Of a DNA stretch of 64,000 bases, positions 49,205 through 59,158 are shown piece by piece. The notes beneath the pieces were generated by a model that made no database searches, had not been told where the DNA came from, and saw nothing but the letters and a program-made list of their open reading frames with translations. The DNA is from Solirubrobacterales bacterium (GTDB lineage Bacteria; Actinomycetota; Thermoleophilia; Solirubrobacterales; JACPNS01), in assembly GCA_051306435.1 (NCBI GenBank), contig JBPPNF010000052.1, forward strand, positions 4,906 through 68,905, written 5' to 3'. Each line of letters starts with the position of its first letter. Within the stretch, counting starts at the first letter, position 1. The position numbers and the translations under genes are program-made.

Positions 49205-50275
49205 CTAGAGTAGCTTCTGGATCAGATCGCGCAACTCCGCGCCGGATCTGCGATCGCGATCAAGCACCGTGAAGCGGCCGGGACGTGTTACCGGAGAGTA
49301 CGAAACGATCTCCGAAAGACGCGCCGCGCCAAGCCCGAACCCTGTGAGTGCGCCCTTCATACCTACGGCAGCGATGATTTCGCGCACGGCTTCAACGTCA
49401 CCCCCCTGGAGCTGCGTCGCGACGAGTGAGCCGAAGGCAACCTGCTCGCCGTGCGTGGCGGTGCCGGGTTCGAGTCGGTCGAGCGCGTGGCTGATCAGGT
49501 GCTCTGACCCCGAACAGGGGCGCGACGAGCCGGCGATCTCCATCGCAAGGCCGCTGATCACGAGTCCGTCAAGCAGCCGACGAGCGAGTTCGATCGTGAG
49601 CTCGCCCTTGCCGAGCGGCGTGAGGTCAAGGCCTTCGATCAGCAGCAGCGCGCAGCTGGAGAGCAGCGCGGCGAAGTCATCGACCTCTTCTTCACCTGCG
49701 TCGGCCGCGATCCGCCAGTCGATCAGCGCGCTGCGATTGCCCAGCAGATCCCCCACTCCGGCCCGCGCAAAGCCGATCGGCGCCGCGGCGACGGTCTCGA
49801 GATCGGCGATCACCGCGACCGGAAGCGCGGAGCGTTCGCTCACCACTTCGCCGCCGACATCTGCGATCACGGAGATCGGCGAGGCGATGCCGTCGGCCGA
49901 GAGCTGGGTCGGGACGATCACCACGGGCAGGTCGGTCAGCAGCGCCGCAGACTTGGCGACGTCGATCGGGCGACCGCCACCGACCGCGATCAGCGCATCG
50001 TGATCGCGCGCCGCGACGGCAGCGATTCGCTGAACCTCGCTGCGGGTGTTGTCGCTGACGAGCTCGCGGGCCGCGCCGTTGATCTTCAGGTCGTCGCAGA
50101 CCGCCGCCGACTGAGAAGTACCCGAGACCATCAAAGGCGACCCCGAGTCGATCGCGTTCAGCACCTCCGCCAGTTCCGCAGCCAGGGCGTCGCTTCCCTC
50201 AACGCTGCGCAGGAACCGCGGCAGCTCGATCTGGCGCTTCGACGTGATCGCCGCGACCAGCTTCTCGTCAGCCAC
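49205..50275 (-). CDS. Glycerol-1-phosphate dehydrogenase-like protein (EgsA/AraM family)
   Basis: GGGRPIDVAK, PTQLSADGIASP, GSSRPCSGSEHLISHALD, HGEQVA. Confidence 0.88.
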   Translation of the reverse strand: MADEKLVAAITSKRQIELPRFLRSVEGSDALAAELAEVLNAIDSGSPLMVSGTSQSAAVCDDLKINGAARELVSDNTRSEVQRIAAVAARDHDALIAVGGGRPIDVAKSAALLTDLPVVIVPTQLSADGIASPISVIADVGGEVVSERSALPVAVIADLETVAAAPIGFARAGVGDLLGNRSALIDWRIAADAGEEEVDDFAALLSSCALLLIEGLDLTPLGKGELTIELARRLLDGLVISGLAMEIAGSSRPCSGSEHLISHALDRLEPGTATHGEQVAFGSLVATQLQGGDVEAVREIIAAVGMKGALTGFGLGAARLSEIVSYSPVTRPGRFTVLDRDRRSGAELRDLIQKLL

Positions 50276-50993
50276 TGACGGCCGCCTTGCCGTCGATCGC
50301 GGGAGCGATCACCTTGCGCGCGCGGGCGAGGTCGTCGTGGTCATCGATTTCGACCCACTTCGTACCGCCGATGCGCTCAAGGCGCACGCGGCGTTCTTTG
50401 GCGAGCGCTTCGATCGCGTCCTCGTAGTAGACCTGCACGTTCCCGGCGGCGATGAACTCGTCGAGGATCTCGGCCATGCGTGGGCCGTCGGCCGGGTCGA
50501 TGCGGGTGAGTCCGATGTACTCGCCGACTGAGCTGTCGAACGGCAGTGATTTGTGCAGGCGGTCGAGGCGGCCGTCGACTTCGGTGGCCTTCATCGACTC
50601 CCGGTCAACTGCGAGTTCGTCGTCGACGAGGATTGCGGTGCCCTCTGCTGCTGCAAGCCGCCGCGCAAGTTCGGGTTCGAAGAGCAGGTCGCAGTTGACG
50701 ATCACGCAGCCGCCCCGCACGATCTCGCGCGCCTGCCACAGCGAAGTGACGTTGTTCTCGGTGTCCCAGCGGTCGTTGAAAAGCTGCTCGACGTCGTGGT
50801 CATCGAATGCGGCGGCCTGGTGACCGGTGAGCACCACGATGCGATCAAACCCTGCATCGCGCAGATACTCGAAGGAACGCTCCGCAAGCGGGCGCCCGCC
50901 GACCTCGACGAACGCTTTGGGAATGTCGGCGGTCACGTCGCCGAGCCGCGACCCGCGACCGGCCGCAAGATAAATCACAGGAAGTTCCGCCAT
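50268..50993 (-). CDS. LicC/IPCT-like cytidylyltransferase
   Basis: LAAGRGSRL, PK, NCDL, GEYIG, YYED, WVEIDDHDD. Confidence 0.88.
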   Translation of the reverse strand: MAELPVIYLAAGRGSRLGDVTADIPKAFVEVGGRPLAERSFEYLRDAGFDRIVVLTGHQAAAFDDHDVEQLFNDRWDTENNVTSLWQAREIVRGGCVIVNCDLLFEPELARRLAAAEGTAILVDDELAVDRESMKATEVDGRLDRLHKSLPFDSSVGEYIGLTRIDPADGPRMAEILDEFIAAGNVQVYYEDAIEALAKERRVRLERIGGTKWVEIDDHDDLARARKVIAPAIDGKAAVSG

Positions 50994-51041
50994 CGCCGAC
51001 ACGGTACCCACCATCTCCCCAAACACCACCCCCAACCCGCC

Positions 51042-51148
51042 TCGCATGCTCCCGGCATGCAACGGAAGTTCGTTCAAATCCACCCCATGTCCAAGCGGTT
51101 TCTCTTGCATGCCTCAGGCATGCAGCGTTGCATGGCAGAGGCATGCAG
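51042..51148. repeat. Type 1 palindromes downstream of the RAYT
   Basis: Units at 51042, 51105 (63-bp spacing) and 51128. Confidence 0.85.
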
Positions 51149-51171
51149 CAACAACTCGCCGCACGGCGAGA

Positions 51172-51819
51172 TCAGATCGGTCTGTACGGATGCCGTCGAG
51201 GATCGATCCCCCATTCGATCAGCTTCCGTCGCACAATCGAAGGACCGCGTCGATTCATGAACTCGCGATAGTTGTCCATTCCTCCAAAAATGTTCAACGA
51301 AGTCGAGGGGTCAAACCACGTGTACTCCAGGTTCCCGACCAGCGCCTGATAGCTGGCGAAAGGCGTCTCAAACTGCGTGATCGGATTGTTGAGCTCGATA
51401 TACGCGATCATGTCGCGGATCTGCGTCGGATCGGCAAACTCTTGAAATGGGTTGGCGGCGAACTCTGAAAACACTTGCCCGCGCCATCCAGTCTCGCGGT
51501 TGAAGGAGCGCGCCTGCGCGGCGAGCACGCGCGACATGAGTTTTGTGATGCCGTCCGCAGTTTTCTGATGGGCAAGATTGTGCAGGTGGTTGTCCATCAC
51601 ATTGAACGCGATCACCTCAACTTCGTTGAACAGTTTCGTGTGTGTGCGTCCCCAATCGTCCCAGGTCTCGCGGGGACTGAGGTGGTTTTCGAAGCGACGA
51701 AGCAACTCTCGCTTCTGCGCGTCGCTGGCGAAGGGTTTGAGGTTTCCGATCGCACGCGAGGTGAGGTGGTACCCGGAGTTTGCAGTGAACGTTGAAATGT
51801 TCGGAGCGATAACGCCCAT
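51172..51819 (-). CDS. REP-associated tyrosine (HUH/Y1) transposase, RAYT-like
   Basis: YHLTSR, AFNVMDNHLH (HUH), FNRETGWRGQVF, YIELNNP catalytic Tyr, ASY. Confidence 0.85.
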   Translation of the reverse strand: MGVIAPNISTFTANSGYHLTSRAIGNLKPFASDAQKRELLRRFENHLSPRETWDDWGRTHTKLFNEVEVIAFNVMDNHLHNLAHQKTADGITKLMSRVLAAQARSFNRETGWRGQVFSEFAANPFQEFADPTQIRDMIAYIELNNPITQFETPFASYQALVGNLEYTWFDPSTSLNIFGGMDNYREFMNRRGPSIVRRKLIEWGIDPRRHPYRPI

Positions 51820-51936
51820 GGGAGTCGTGCTTCTTTCTGATCTCTGTTGATCTGGCCGTCACCCGTCATCGCGGCCCCTTAACTCCTTAAGGGTTTGAGC
51901 GGAGCACGTTTACCCCCCTACAACGGAATTTCTTTC

Positions 51937-52020
51937 TTGCATGCCTGAGGCATGCACAGGAAATCGCTTGAAACAAGGGTGTTACCGATCGCAGTTTCAT
52001 TGCATGCCTGAGGCATGCAA
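51937..52020. repeat. Type 1 palindromes upstream of the RAYT
   Basis: TTGCATGCCTGAGGCATGCA at 51937 and 52000 (63-bp spacing), inverted relative to the left-flank pair. Confidence 0.85.
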
Positions 52021-52046
52021 ACGGTGGGTTTGTAGGGTGGGCGGCG

Positions 52047-52949
52047 ATGGTTGGGGAGAATTCCAGGAAGAAATTGCCGCCGTTGCCGGAACTGATCGCG
52101 ATTTGTGGCGGTGAGGGCACGGGTCGGCCCGGCGAGCCGCGCGACCTGCGGCGCCTGTACGCGCGCGGCGTGCGCAAGCTCTCGATCCGGATCACGCGTG
52201 TGCTGCTGCCGACCGGCATCAGCGCCAATCAGACGACGGTCGTCGGCATCCTGATCGGCCTCATCGGCGCGGCGCTACTGGCGGACAACTACTTCTGGGC
52301 ACAGATCACCGCCATTCTGTTGCTGCAGCTCTCGTTCGTGCTGGACTTCTGCGACGGCGAGATCGCGCGCTTCGAGCGTGTCATCGAGGGCAAGAGCTCC
52401 GGCGCCGGTGGCGCGTACCTGGACTGGGTCGGGCACTACTACATCCCCGCGCTGATGACCGGCGCGCTCGGCTGGGCGATCTTTCACGAGACCGGCGACT
52501 GGTGGTGGCTTGCGGCGGCGTTGATCGTGATCCTGTCGCTCGTGCGGGTTCCCTACAGCGCGCGCGACCACATCATGTGGGGCGTCTACCGCGACAAGCC
52601 GGAGCTGCGCGACTCCGAGCCGATGGTCCGCGCGGCGATGGCGCGGATGGGCGGCGACCCGGAGGCTCTGAACCTCGAGGCCTCCGGCACCGAAACGATG
52701 GCCGGCGGATCGGGTCGCGGCTGGCTCTGGAGCCGCTACACGAACTTCGGTCAGCTGATCGTCTTCCCCGGCTACATCAATCTTGTGGCGGCGGCGTCGA
52801 TCATCGACATGCTGCTCTCCTGGGGCGACCGTTCGGTGGAATCGATCTGGGCGCGAGGGAGCCTGCTGGCGCTACTCGGGGCCGTGCACTTCCTGCACCA
52901 GATCCGGGCGATCGCCCAGGGATTTCGAGTCACGCGCGCGCTTGAGTAG
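52047..52949 (+). CDS. CDP-alcohol phosphotransferase
   Basis: ISANQTT, DFCDGEIAR...GAYLD motif. Confidence 0.9.
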   Translation: MVGENSRKKLPPLPELIAICGGEGTGRPGEPRDLRRLYARGVRKLSIRITRVLLPTGISANQTTVVGILIGLIGAALLADNYFWAQITAILLLQLSFVLDFCDGEIARFERVIEGKSSGAGGAYLDWVGHYYIPALMTGALGWAIFHETGDWWWLAAALIVILSLVRVPYSARDHIMWGVYRDKPELRDSEPMVRAAMARMGGDPEALNLEASGTETMAGGSGRGWLWSRYTNFGQLIVFPGYINLVAAASIIDMLLSWGDRSVESIWARGSLLALLGAVHFLHQIRAIAQGFRVTRALE

Positions 52950-54407
52950 CGCGCGGACGTCCCTGATCTGAGCAAGCTCAGCGCGGCTGAAGAAGCCGGT
53001 GACCAGCAGCACGACGGGATAGAGCACCCACCAGAGGATGCGCTCGACAACCGCTGCCGTGCCCACGGGATCCAGCACGTTGTCACCGACCACGGCGACG
53101 AGCGCCGCCGCCGCGATGATCTGAGCAAGTCGACGCCACTCCAGCACCAGGCCGAGCGTCTGACGCGCGCGGATGTACATCAGCCCGAGCAACACCAGAT
53201 ACGCACCGACCAGCGCAATACCGGCACCGACGATTTCGTGATCCGGGATCAGCAGCAGACCGAGGACGACATTGGCGACGAGTCCGGCAAAGGCGACCGG
53301 GAAGAGCGAGCCGGTCTTCCCCATGCGTGCGACGGCCGAGACCAGCACGAGATACGCGCCGTAGAACACGACACCGGTCGCCACATAAGGCACGGCGCGG
53401 TCTGCGGCGTGGAAGGCCGGCTGCGACGTGAGCAGGCGCACCAGCGGTCCGGCCAGCAGCGTCAGCGCGGTGACGATCCCGGCGGTGATCAGCAGGTAAT
53501 AGGTGAGCACACGGCCGTAGACAACCTTGGCCTCGGCGTCCGATTTGATCGAGTAGGCCAGCGGCGGCCAGGCGAGCTGGAAGGCGCGGACGAAGATCGT
53601 CACGCCCTGCGAGAGCTTGTAGGCGATCGAATAGAGACCGGCGGCGGCGAGGCCGGCCGTCCGCGAGGCGGGAATGTTCACGAGCAGAATGCGGTCGACC
53701 CAGTTGAGCGCGTAGAGCGAGATCTCTCCCGGCACGGTGGGCAGGCCGAAGCGCAGCATCGGCCCCGCCAGCGGCAGGCCGGGGCCCGGGACGCGGCGCG
53801 CAATGAAGTGCAGGACCATCAACCCGGTCACGACGATGATCGTGCCGATCGCGTTTCCGAGCACGAGGCCCTTAGCCTCCATGTCCTTGCCGATCACGAA
53901 CCACAGCGACAGCGGCACGGTGATCAAGACATTCGTCATGCTCGCGAGCGCGTACGAACCGGCCTTTTCCTCCACGCGGAAGAGCGCCATGAGCAGCTCA
54001 TAGAAGGTCGCGAACCAGAACCATACGATCGCGATCTTCACGAGCGTGTCGGCACCGGGCGCGTCGCGCAGCAGCAGCGAGGCGAGCGGCCCGGCGAGCG
54101 CGAAGCAGATCAACACGCCCACGGTCGTGGTGATCGTCAGCCCCCAGAAACCGGTGCGCACGACCTGGCGCGGGTCGTACTTGTCGTTCAGGAAGTAGAA
54201 GCGCAGCAGCGCCTCGATCGCGCCGAGCCGAAAGAGGATCGAAAGCACGATCACCGTGGTGGCGATGATCTCGACCTGTCCGAACTCCGACGGCGAGATG
54301 TACTTCGTGTAGATCGGCAGCGTGAAGAGCGCGATCAGCTTGGCCAGCACGCTTGAAGCGGTGTAGGCAGTGCCGGTTCGGGCGAGGCGCTTCAGGTAGC
54401 CGATCAC
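52872..54407 (-). CDS. Wzx-like polysaccharide flippase
   Basis: LPIYTKYISPSEFG, LRFGLP, DRILL, GLYSIAYK; many TMs. Confidence 0.9.
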   Translation of the reverse strand: MIGYLKRLARTGTAYTASSVLAKLIALFTLPIYTKYISPSEFGQVEIIATTVIVLSILFRLGAIEALLRFYFLNDKYDPRQVVRTGFWGLTITTTVGVLICFALAGPLASLLLRDAPGADTLVKIAIVWFWFATFYELLMALFRVEEKAGSYALASMTNVLITVPLSLWFVIGKDMEAKGLVLGNAIGTIIVVTGLMVLHFIARRVPGPGLPLAGPMLRFGLPTVPGEISLYALNWVDRILLVNIPASRTAGLAAAGLYSIAYKLSQGVTIFVRAFQLAWPPLAYSIKSDAEAKVVYGRVLTYYLLITAGIVTALTLLAGPLVRLLTSQPAFHAADRAVPYVATGVVFYGAYLVLVSAVARMGKTGSLFPVAFAGLVANVVLGLLLIPDHEIVGAGIALVGAYLVLLGLMYIRARQTLGLVLEWRRLAQIIAAAALVAVVGDNVLDPVGTAAVVERILWWVLYPVVLLVTGFFSRAELAQIRDVRALLKRARDSKSLGDRPDLVQEVHGPE

Positions 54408-55951
54408 GCGGGTTCGGCGTCCGGCCGCGACTCTTCGGTTGCCCCGTTGCGCGGAATCGCCGCGAGCGAGACCGCCGCGCCGAGCAGCGCCCAGGTCAGC
54501 GGATCCTCAAGCAGCGCCGCATACGCGAGTGAATGCACAAAGATCGCCGTGAATGCCGCGGCCACCGCCACGCGCGCCACCAGACCGGGCCGGCCGCGCG
54601 GGCCGTCATCCTTGCCGACGCGCCGGAAAACGGCGCCGAAGCCGGCGACCAGCAGCGCGATGAACGCGGCCAGCCCGACGATGCCCTGCTCAGCCGCGAC
54701 CGTCAGCGGCGATGTGTGCGACTTGGTCGTGCTCGCAGGTCCGTAGATCGTGCGCTTGGCGAGTTTGTTGGCCCGGTAGGACTCGGAGAAGTCGCCCGAG
54801 CCGTGGCCGAAGAACGGCTTCTGTCCCCACAGCGAAAGGCCGCCGGTCACCAGATCGAAGCGGCCGCTCGTTGACTTCTCGGCGCTCTTGCCGTCGGTCA
54901 GATCAACCCCTGTGATCGACGGGAACGCAAACGCGAAGATCAGCCCGGCCAGCAGCGCCACCCCGGTCACGATCAGGACCGACTTCGCCTTCCAGCGCAG
55001 CGCGGCCAGAACGATCAGCCCTGCCAGCAACGCCGCGAAGCTCGACTGCGAGAGCGAGAGCACCAGGCCGGCCCAGAGGATCGCGAGCAGCAGCGCGGCG
55101 CCGAGCACGCGTCGCGTCTTGCCCGTGTAGAGCATCAACGCCGTGACGACGAGCATCACGATCGCGAGGAAGCGCCCGTAGATGTTCGGATCGAAGAAGA
55201 GCGACTGCACGCGGAAGTACGGATCGAAGTCCGAAGGTTGCGAGCCGCCGATCGTCACCAGATAGCGGCCCTGCGCGAACTCGATGAAGCCGGCGAACAC
55301 GAGCACCAGCGCAACTGTCACCAACGTGACCGCGCAGACGCGCAGCAGCTGCGCGTCCCACTTCTGCGCCGCAGCCAGGCCGTAGAGCAACACGAAAGGC
55401 GCGTAGAAGAAGCAGAAGTTCTGCGTCGCGACTGAAATGTCGCCGGCGTAGACGCTCTGCACTGCATAGAGCGCGAGGAAAACGACGATCGTCACGTCGA
55501 GCAGCTTCGGTCCGCGCGGATTGTCGACTGCGCGGCCGCGCCAGTAGCTCCAGGCACGCGCGACGACGGCGCCACCGATCGTCAGGTACAGCGGCAGCAG
55601 CAGCTTCACGGACTCGCCGCCGATGTCGATCGGCACGCGGAAGGCCAGGGTTGCCAGCGCGGCAGGAATCACGGCGCGCGGGTAGCGCACGAAGATCGCG
55701 GCAGCGGCGGCAAGCGCGATCGCCCCGGCGACCAGTCCGGCCACGATCAGCGGCGCCGAAATCTGCGGCAGGCTCGACTGCTCGTCGCCGACCACGGAGC
55801 CGGCGAGCACCAGCGGGGCCATCGCAAGCACGAGCACCGCGCTGATCCAGCGCAGGCGCTCGCTCGACGCCAGCAGCCAGCCGGCGATCAGCGCGGCGAG
55901 CAGGGCCAGGCCGAAGCTCTGCAGAGCATTTGCGACGGCGAGCTGCGTCAT
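54404..55951 (-). CDS. O-antigen ligase/Wzy-like polymerase
   Basis: RVQSLFFDPN, LSLSQS, SGR, GHGSG, SHTS...AEQGIVG. Confidence 0.88.
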   Translation of the reverse strand: MTQLAVANALQSFGLALLAALIAGWLLASSERLRWISAVLVLAMAPLVLAGSVVGDEQSSLPQISAPLIVAGLVAGAIALAAAAAIFVRYPRAVIPAALATLAFRVPIDIGGESVKLLLPLYLTIGGAVVARAWSYWRGRAVDNPRGPKLLDVTIVVFLALYAVQSVYAGDISVATQNFCFFYAPFVLLYGLAAAQKWDAQLLRVCAVTLVTVALVLVFAGFIEFAQGRYLVTIGGSQPSDFDPYFRVQSLFFDPNIYGRFLAIVMLVVTALMLYTGKTRRVLGAALLLAILWAGLVLSLSQSSFAALLAGLIVLAALRWKAKSVLIVTGVALLAGLIFAFAFPSITGVDLTDGKSAEKSTSGRFDLVTGGLSLWGQKPFFGHGSGDFSESYRANKLAKRTIYGPASTTKSHTSPLTVAAEQGIVGLAAFIALLVAGFGAVFRRVGKDDGPRGRPGLVARVAVAAAFTAIFVHSLAYAALLEDPLTWALLGAAVSLAAIPRNGATEESRPDAEPA

Positions 55952-57834
55952 CGCGTCAGCACCTCAAGGATCGCGGCCGTCGAGTAGGCGACGTTCGGCT
56001 GCGCCGGGTTGTCAAGTTCGGCGAACCATCCGCGCACTCCGACCCGGATCACCGTGCCTTTGCCGAGTTTGTAGCCGATCAGAGCCGGGGCGCCTGCCTC
56101 TCGACCGGCAGCGGTGAGGATCTCGGCGCCGCGAGCCTGCTGCTTGGACTGCTCGAACGTGGTGAAGAGACCGGTCGGGCCACGCAGCAGTCCGAGCTCG
56201 TCCTCGAAGGCGATCACCGGTGCCGGTGCCTCGGTGACGTTCTCGACGGTCTCGCCGAAGATGTCGCGCTGGCGGTGGTCCGAGGGACCGGACAGCTGGG
56301 TCGTGCCCAGTGCGACCGTGCGACGGAAGGCGTCCTGCGAGAAGAATGCGACCTTGCCTCCGCGCTGCACGAACGCGCGCAGCACGACGCCGAGCTCAGC
56401 GGTGATCCAGCGTTCGTCGCCGGTGAAAAGGATCGCCTCGTGATTCCTCAGCGCGGCGGCCGGGTTGGCAGCGAGCGCGGCGTCGGTGGTCGTCTGCGCG
56501 TCAAGCTCTGCCTGCGACCTCGCCAGGTATTCGGCGAGCGCTCCCTCGTTCAGGTCGAAGCCGGGCGTGCCGGCCTGAAGCGCAAGAAAGCGGTCAAGCG
56601 GCACGCGGAGCTGTTTGCCCGGCGGGAGCTGCTGGAAGGGATCGGCGAAGCCGTCGCCCGTGACGTCGACGGGGTTGGTCGCCTGCCAGGCGATCGAAGG
56701 CTGCACGATCAGCAACTTCCGGTTGCGCCCTGCGGTGATTGGCACCGGCGTGCGGGCGATGCCGCGATCGCCCCGCACAGGCCTGCGCGCCGCGATCCGC
56801 AGCGTGTAGAGGCCGCCACTCGTGCGCGGGACGTTCACGCGTAGCGTCGCGCCACGCGCGCGGCCACTGGCGAGGGTGGAGCCACCGGCCTGCGTGAGCC
56901 GGTACGAATAGCCGCCGCTCGGCGGGTTCACGCGGAAGCTCGCCCGCGTGCCGATCACGACGGGCCTGAACGGCGGCGCGATCTGCACGCCGGTGAGCGT
57001 CACGCCCGCCAGTCCGCGCGTCGTCCCCGCACGCGGCGGCAGTTCGGTGCTGCTTGTTCCGACGTTGCTCGCCGCGTCACAGGCTCGCGCGACGATCACG
57101 TAGCTGCCGACCGGTGCCGGCCGGGCGCGGCCGGTCGTCTCCACTCCGACGCACTGCTCGCGCCAGCCCTGGAAGCTGCCGATCGTCTGATCCCACGTGC
57201 CGGAGTTCTTGCCCTGTGAGCTGACGAACGATGCGACGGGCTTTGCGCCGGTGCGCTGGCCGCGCACGCGATAGACGAGGAACTCGGCGCGCTTTGCAGT
57301 GCCGACACCGGAGTAGGTCGCCGTGACGGGCTTGCGCCCCCGCAGAATCGAGACGGTGTGCCCGCCGACAACGTTTGCGGTCAGCTCAGGCGGTACGGAA
57401 TCGACGACAAAGAACTGGTCCGGCACGAATGTGCGACCGCTGTTTCTGAGCGTGATGCGCACGCGGTAGGCGCCGTCGGCGACGGCCGCGCCACGGTTCT
57501 TGTTGCCCGAAGCGTCGACGAATCCGCGATAGCGCCCGTTCCAGTAGAACGTGTGCGGACCGGCCGAGAGTCGTTCGTCGTCGGCGAGCGCGCGGACTGC
57601 CCGCCCGGTGCGGTCGACGACCTCGACCGTGACGACGTCGGCTTCCTTTGTTCTGAAGCGCACGCGGCCCTTGTCGTCGACCCCGTCGGCGTTGGGCGAG
57701 ATGTACCGCTTGATGCTCACCGAGTAGACGAGCGGGTCGGTGTTCTTCAGCCGCTGGGCGACGAAGAACGCGAAGAACGTGGCGAGCACGAGCAGGCCGA
57801 ATACAACTCGCGAGATCTGCGTGGCGCGGGTCAC
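55948..57834 (-). CDS. Membrane-anchored protein: FlgD-Ig-like plus N,N-dimethylformamidase-beta-like domain
   Basis: ISPNADG, WNGR...DGAYRVRI, WQATNP; family assignment from memory of motifs. Confidence 0.6.
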   Translation of the reverse strand: MTRATQISRVVFGLLVLATFFAFFVAQRLKNTDPLVYSVSIKRYISPNADGVDDKGRVRFRTKEADVVTVEVVDRTGRAVRALADDERLSAGPHTFYWNGRYRGFVDASGNKNRGAAVADGAYRVRITLRNSGRTFVPDQFFVVDSVPPELTANVVGGHTVSILRGRKPVTATYSGVGTAKRAEFLVYRVRGQRTGAKPVASFVSSQGKNSGTWDQTIGSFQGWREQCVGVETTGRARPAPVGSYVIVARACDAASNVGTSSTELPPRAGTTRGLAGVTLTGVQIAPPFRPVVIGTRASFRVNPPSGGYSYRLTQAGGSTLASGRARGATLRVNVPRTSGGLYTLRIAARRPVRGDRGIARTPVPITAGRNRKLLIVQPSIAWQATNPVDVTGDGFADPFQQLPPGKQLRVPLDRFLALQAGTPGFDLNEGALAEYLARSQAELDAQTTTDAALAANPAAALRNHEAILFTGDERWITAELGVVLRAFVQRGGKVAFFSQDAFRRTVALGTTQLSGPSDHRQRDIFGETVENVTEAPAPVIAFEDELGLLRGPTGLFTTFEQSKQQARGAEILTAAGREAGAPALIGYKLGKGTVIRVGVRGWFAELDNPAQPNVAYSTAAILEVLTR

Positions 57835-57844
57835 GCCGGGCGGA

Positions 57845-59104
57845 TTACTGATCGAAGTCCGCGCCGAGCACAACGATCACCGGCACAGATCCACCGGCCG
57901 CGAGCACATCGTCGTTTGCCGGCTTGATGTCGGTGACTGCCAGTTCCTTGGCCACCTCGGTCGCCTCCTGCTTGCTCCCTGAGGCGTAATACACGATGCT
58001 CGTCGGGTGGACGGTGCCGTCGTTGAGGTTGCCGGTGGTGGTGTCGGTGAAGCCAGCCTTGTTCAGTCCCGTTGCTGCGGTCGCGGCGATGCCGGCGGTG
58101 TCGGTTCCGTTCAGCACGGCAACGGTGACTGCTGCGCGATTGATCCGCGGGTCGCGGTTGGTCGCGGTGTTCTGTGTCTCCTGGGCGGCCGAGCCGCTGG
58201 TCTGCTTGCCCGTGTCTGCGGCGTCGTCACCCCCGAGCAGCTGCGTTCCGATCAGGATCACGGCAAATACTGCGACGAGCACTCCGGCGACGGCGAAGGG
58301 CACCCGGCTGCGCTGTTCGGCCGGCGGATCGATCGCCTCGAAGTGGCCGGAGCCGGTGGCGCCGGTCGAGAGGTAGTAGTCGGGGATCGGCGGCGTGGTC
58401 GGACCGCGCACGGCTGTGAACTCGGATGTGTCCAGCGGCGGCAGCGGCGGCAGCGGAGCGGCCGCGCGCGCGGCGGCAGGCGTGGAGGGTGTGAGCAGGT
58501 TCTGCTCGGACTCGGACGGGACCCGAGGCGGAGCGTCGCCTTCGGGCGGGGCCGGGTGGACGATCGTGTCACCGGCGCCTGCGCTGGCGGCGGCCACTTC
58601 GTAGGGCGCGTGCTCGGCGCTGCCTTCGACCGCCTCTTCCTCGGCCGGCTGATCTTCGCCGGCCTCGGGAGCCGCGGCCACGGCCTCGGCCTCCTCGCCG
58701 AACTCCTGAGCGACGACGTCATGCGCCTGAGTCTCCTGCGAGTCGGTCTGCACGAGCGGCGCCTCTGCGACCTCTGCCACTTCCGGCGTGGCCGCGTCGG
58801 CGGCGACGAGCGGCGCGGCGGAGATGTCGACTCCGGCGTCCTGCGCAATTCCGGCGGCTGCTGCTGCCTCGGACTGGCGCAGCGCCATCGATTCATAGGC
58901 CTGCGCAATCGCCTGCGAAGCGATCTGCTGGGCGCGGAGTTCGATCTCACCGGCGCGCTCGGGCTCGCGGCCGGCCCACTCGCGCAACCTGCGTACGTCG
59001 CGCGCCTGCGAGAAGTAGAGCATCGAGAGCACTGCAAGGCCGATGATTCCGGCAAAGCCGGCAATCGCGCCGAAGTTCAGAAGTATGTCTTTGAGTTCGC
59101 CCAA
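57845..59104 (-). CDS. LytR C-terminal domain membrane protein
   Basis: VAVLNGTDTAGIAA...VYY...VIVVLGAD; TM helices at both ends of a disordered linker. Confidence 0.85.
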   Translation of the reverse strand: MGELKDILLNFGAIAGFAGIIGLAVLSMLYFSQARDVRRLREWAGREPERAGEIELRAQQIASQAIAQAYESMALRQSEAAAAAGIAQDAGVDISAAPLVAADAATPEVAEVAEAPLVQTDSQETQAHDVVAQEFGEEAEAVAAAPEAGEDQPAEEEAVEGSAEHAPYEVAAASAGAGDTIVHPAPPEGDAPPRVPSESEQNLLTPSTPAAARAAAPLPPLPPLDTSEFTAVRGPTTPPIPDYYLSTGATGSGHFEAIDPPAEQRSRVPFAVAGVLVAVFAVILIGTQLLGGDDAADTGKQTSGSAAQETQNTATNRDPRINRAAVTVAVLNGTDTAGIAATAATGLNKAGFTDTTTGNLNDGTVHPTSIVYYASGSKQEATEVAKELAVTDIKPANDDVLAAGGSVPVIVVLGADFDQ

Positions 59105-59158
59105 ATCAATTCAGCGCTGCCGCGCATCAGGCGCGGGGCAGCGGGAGATGCCTGGAGT

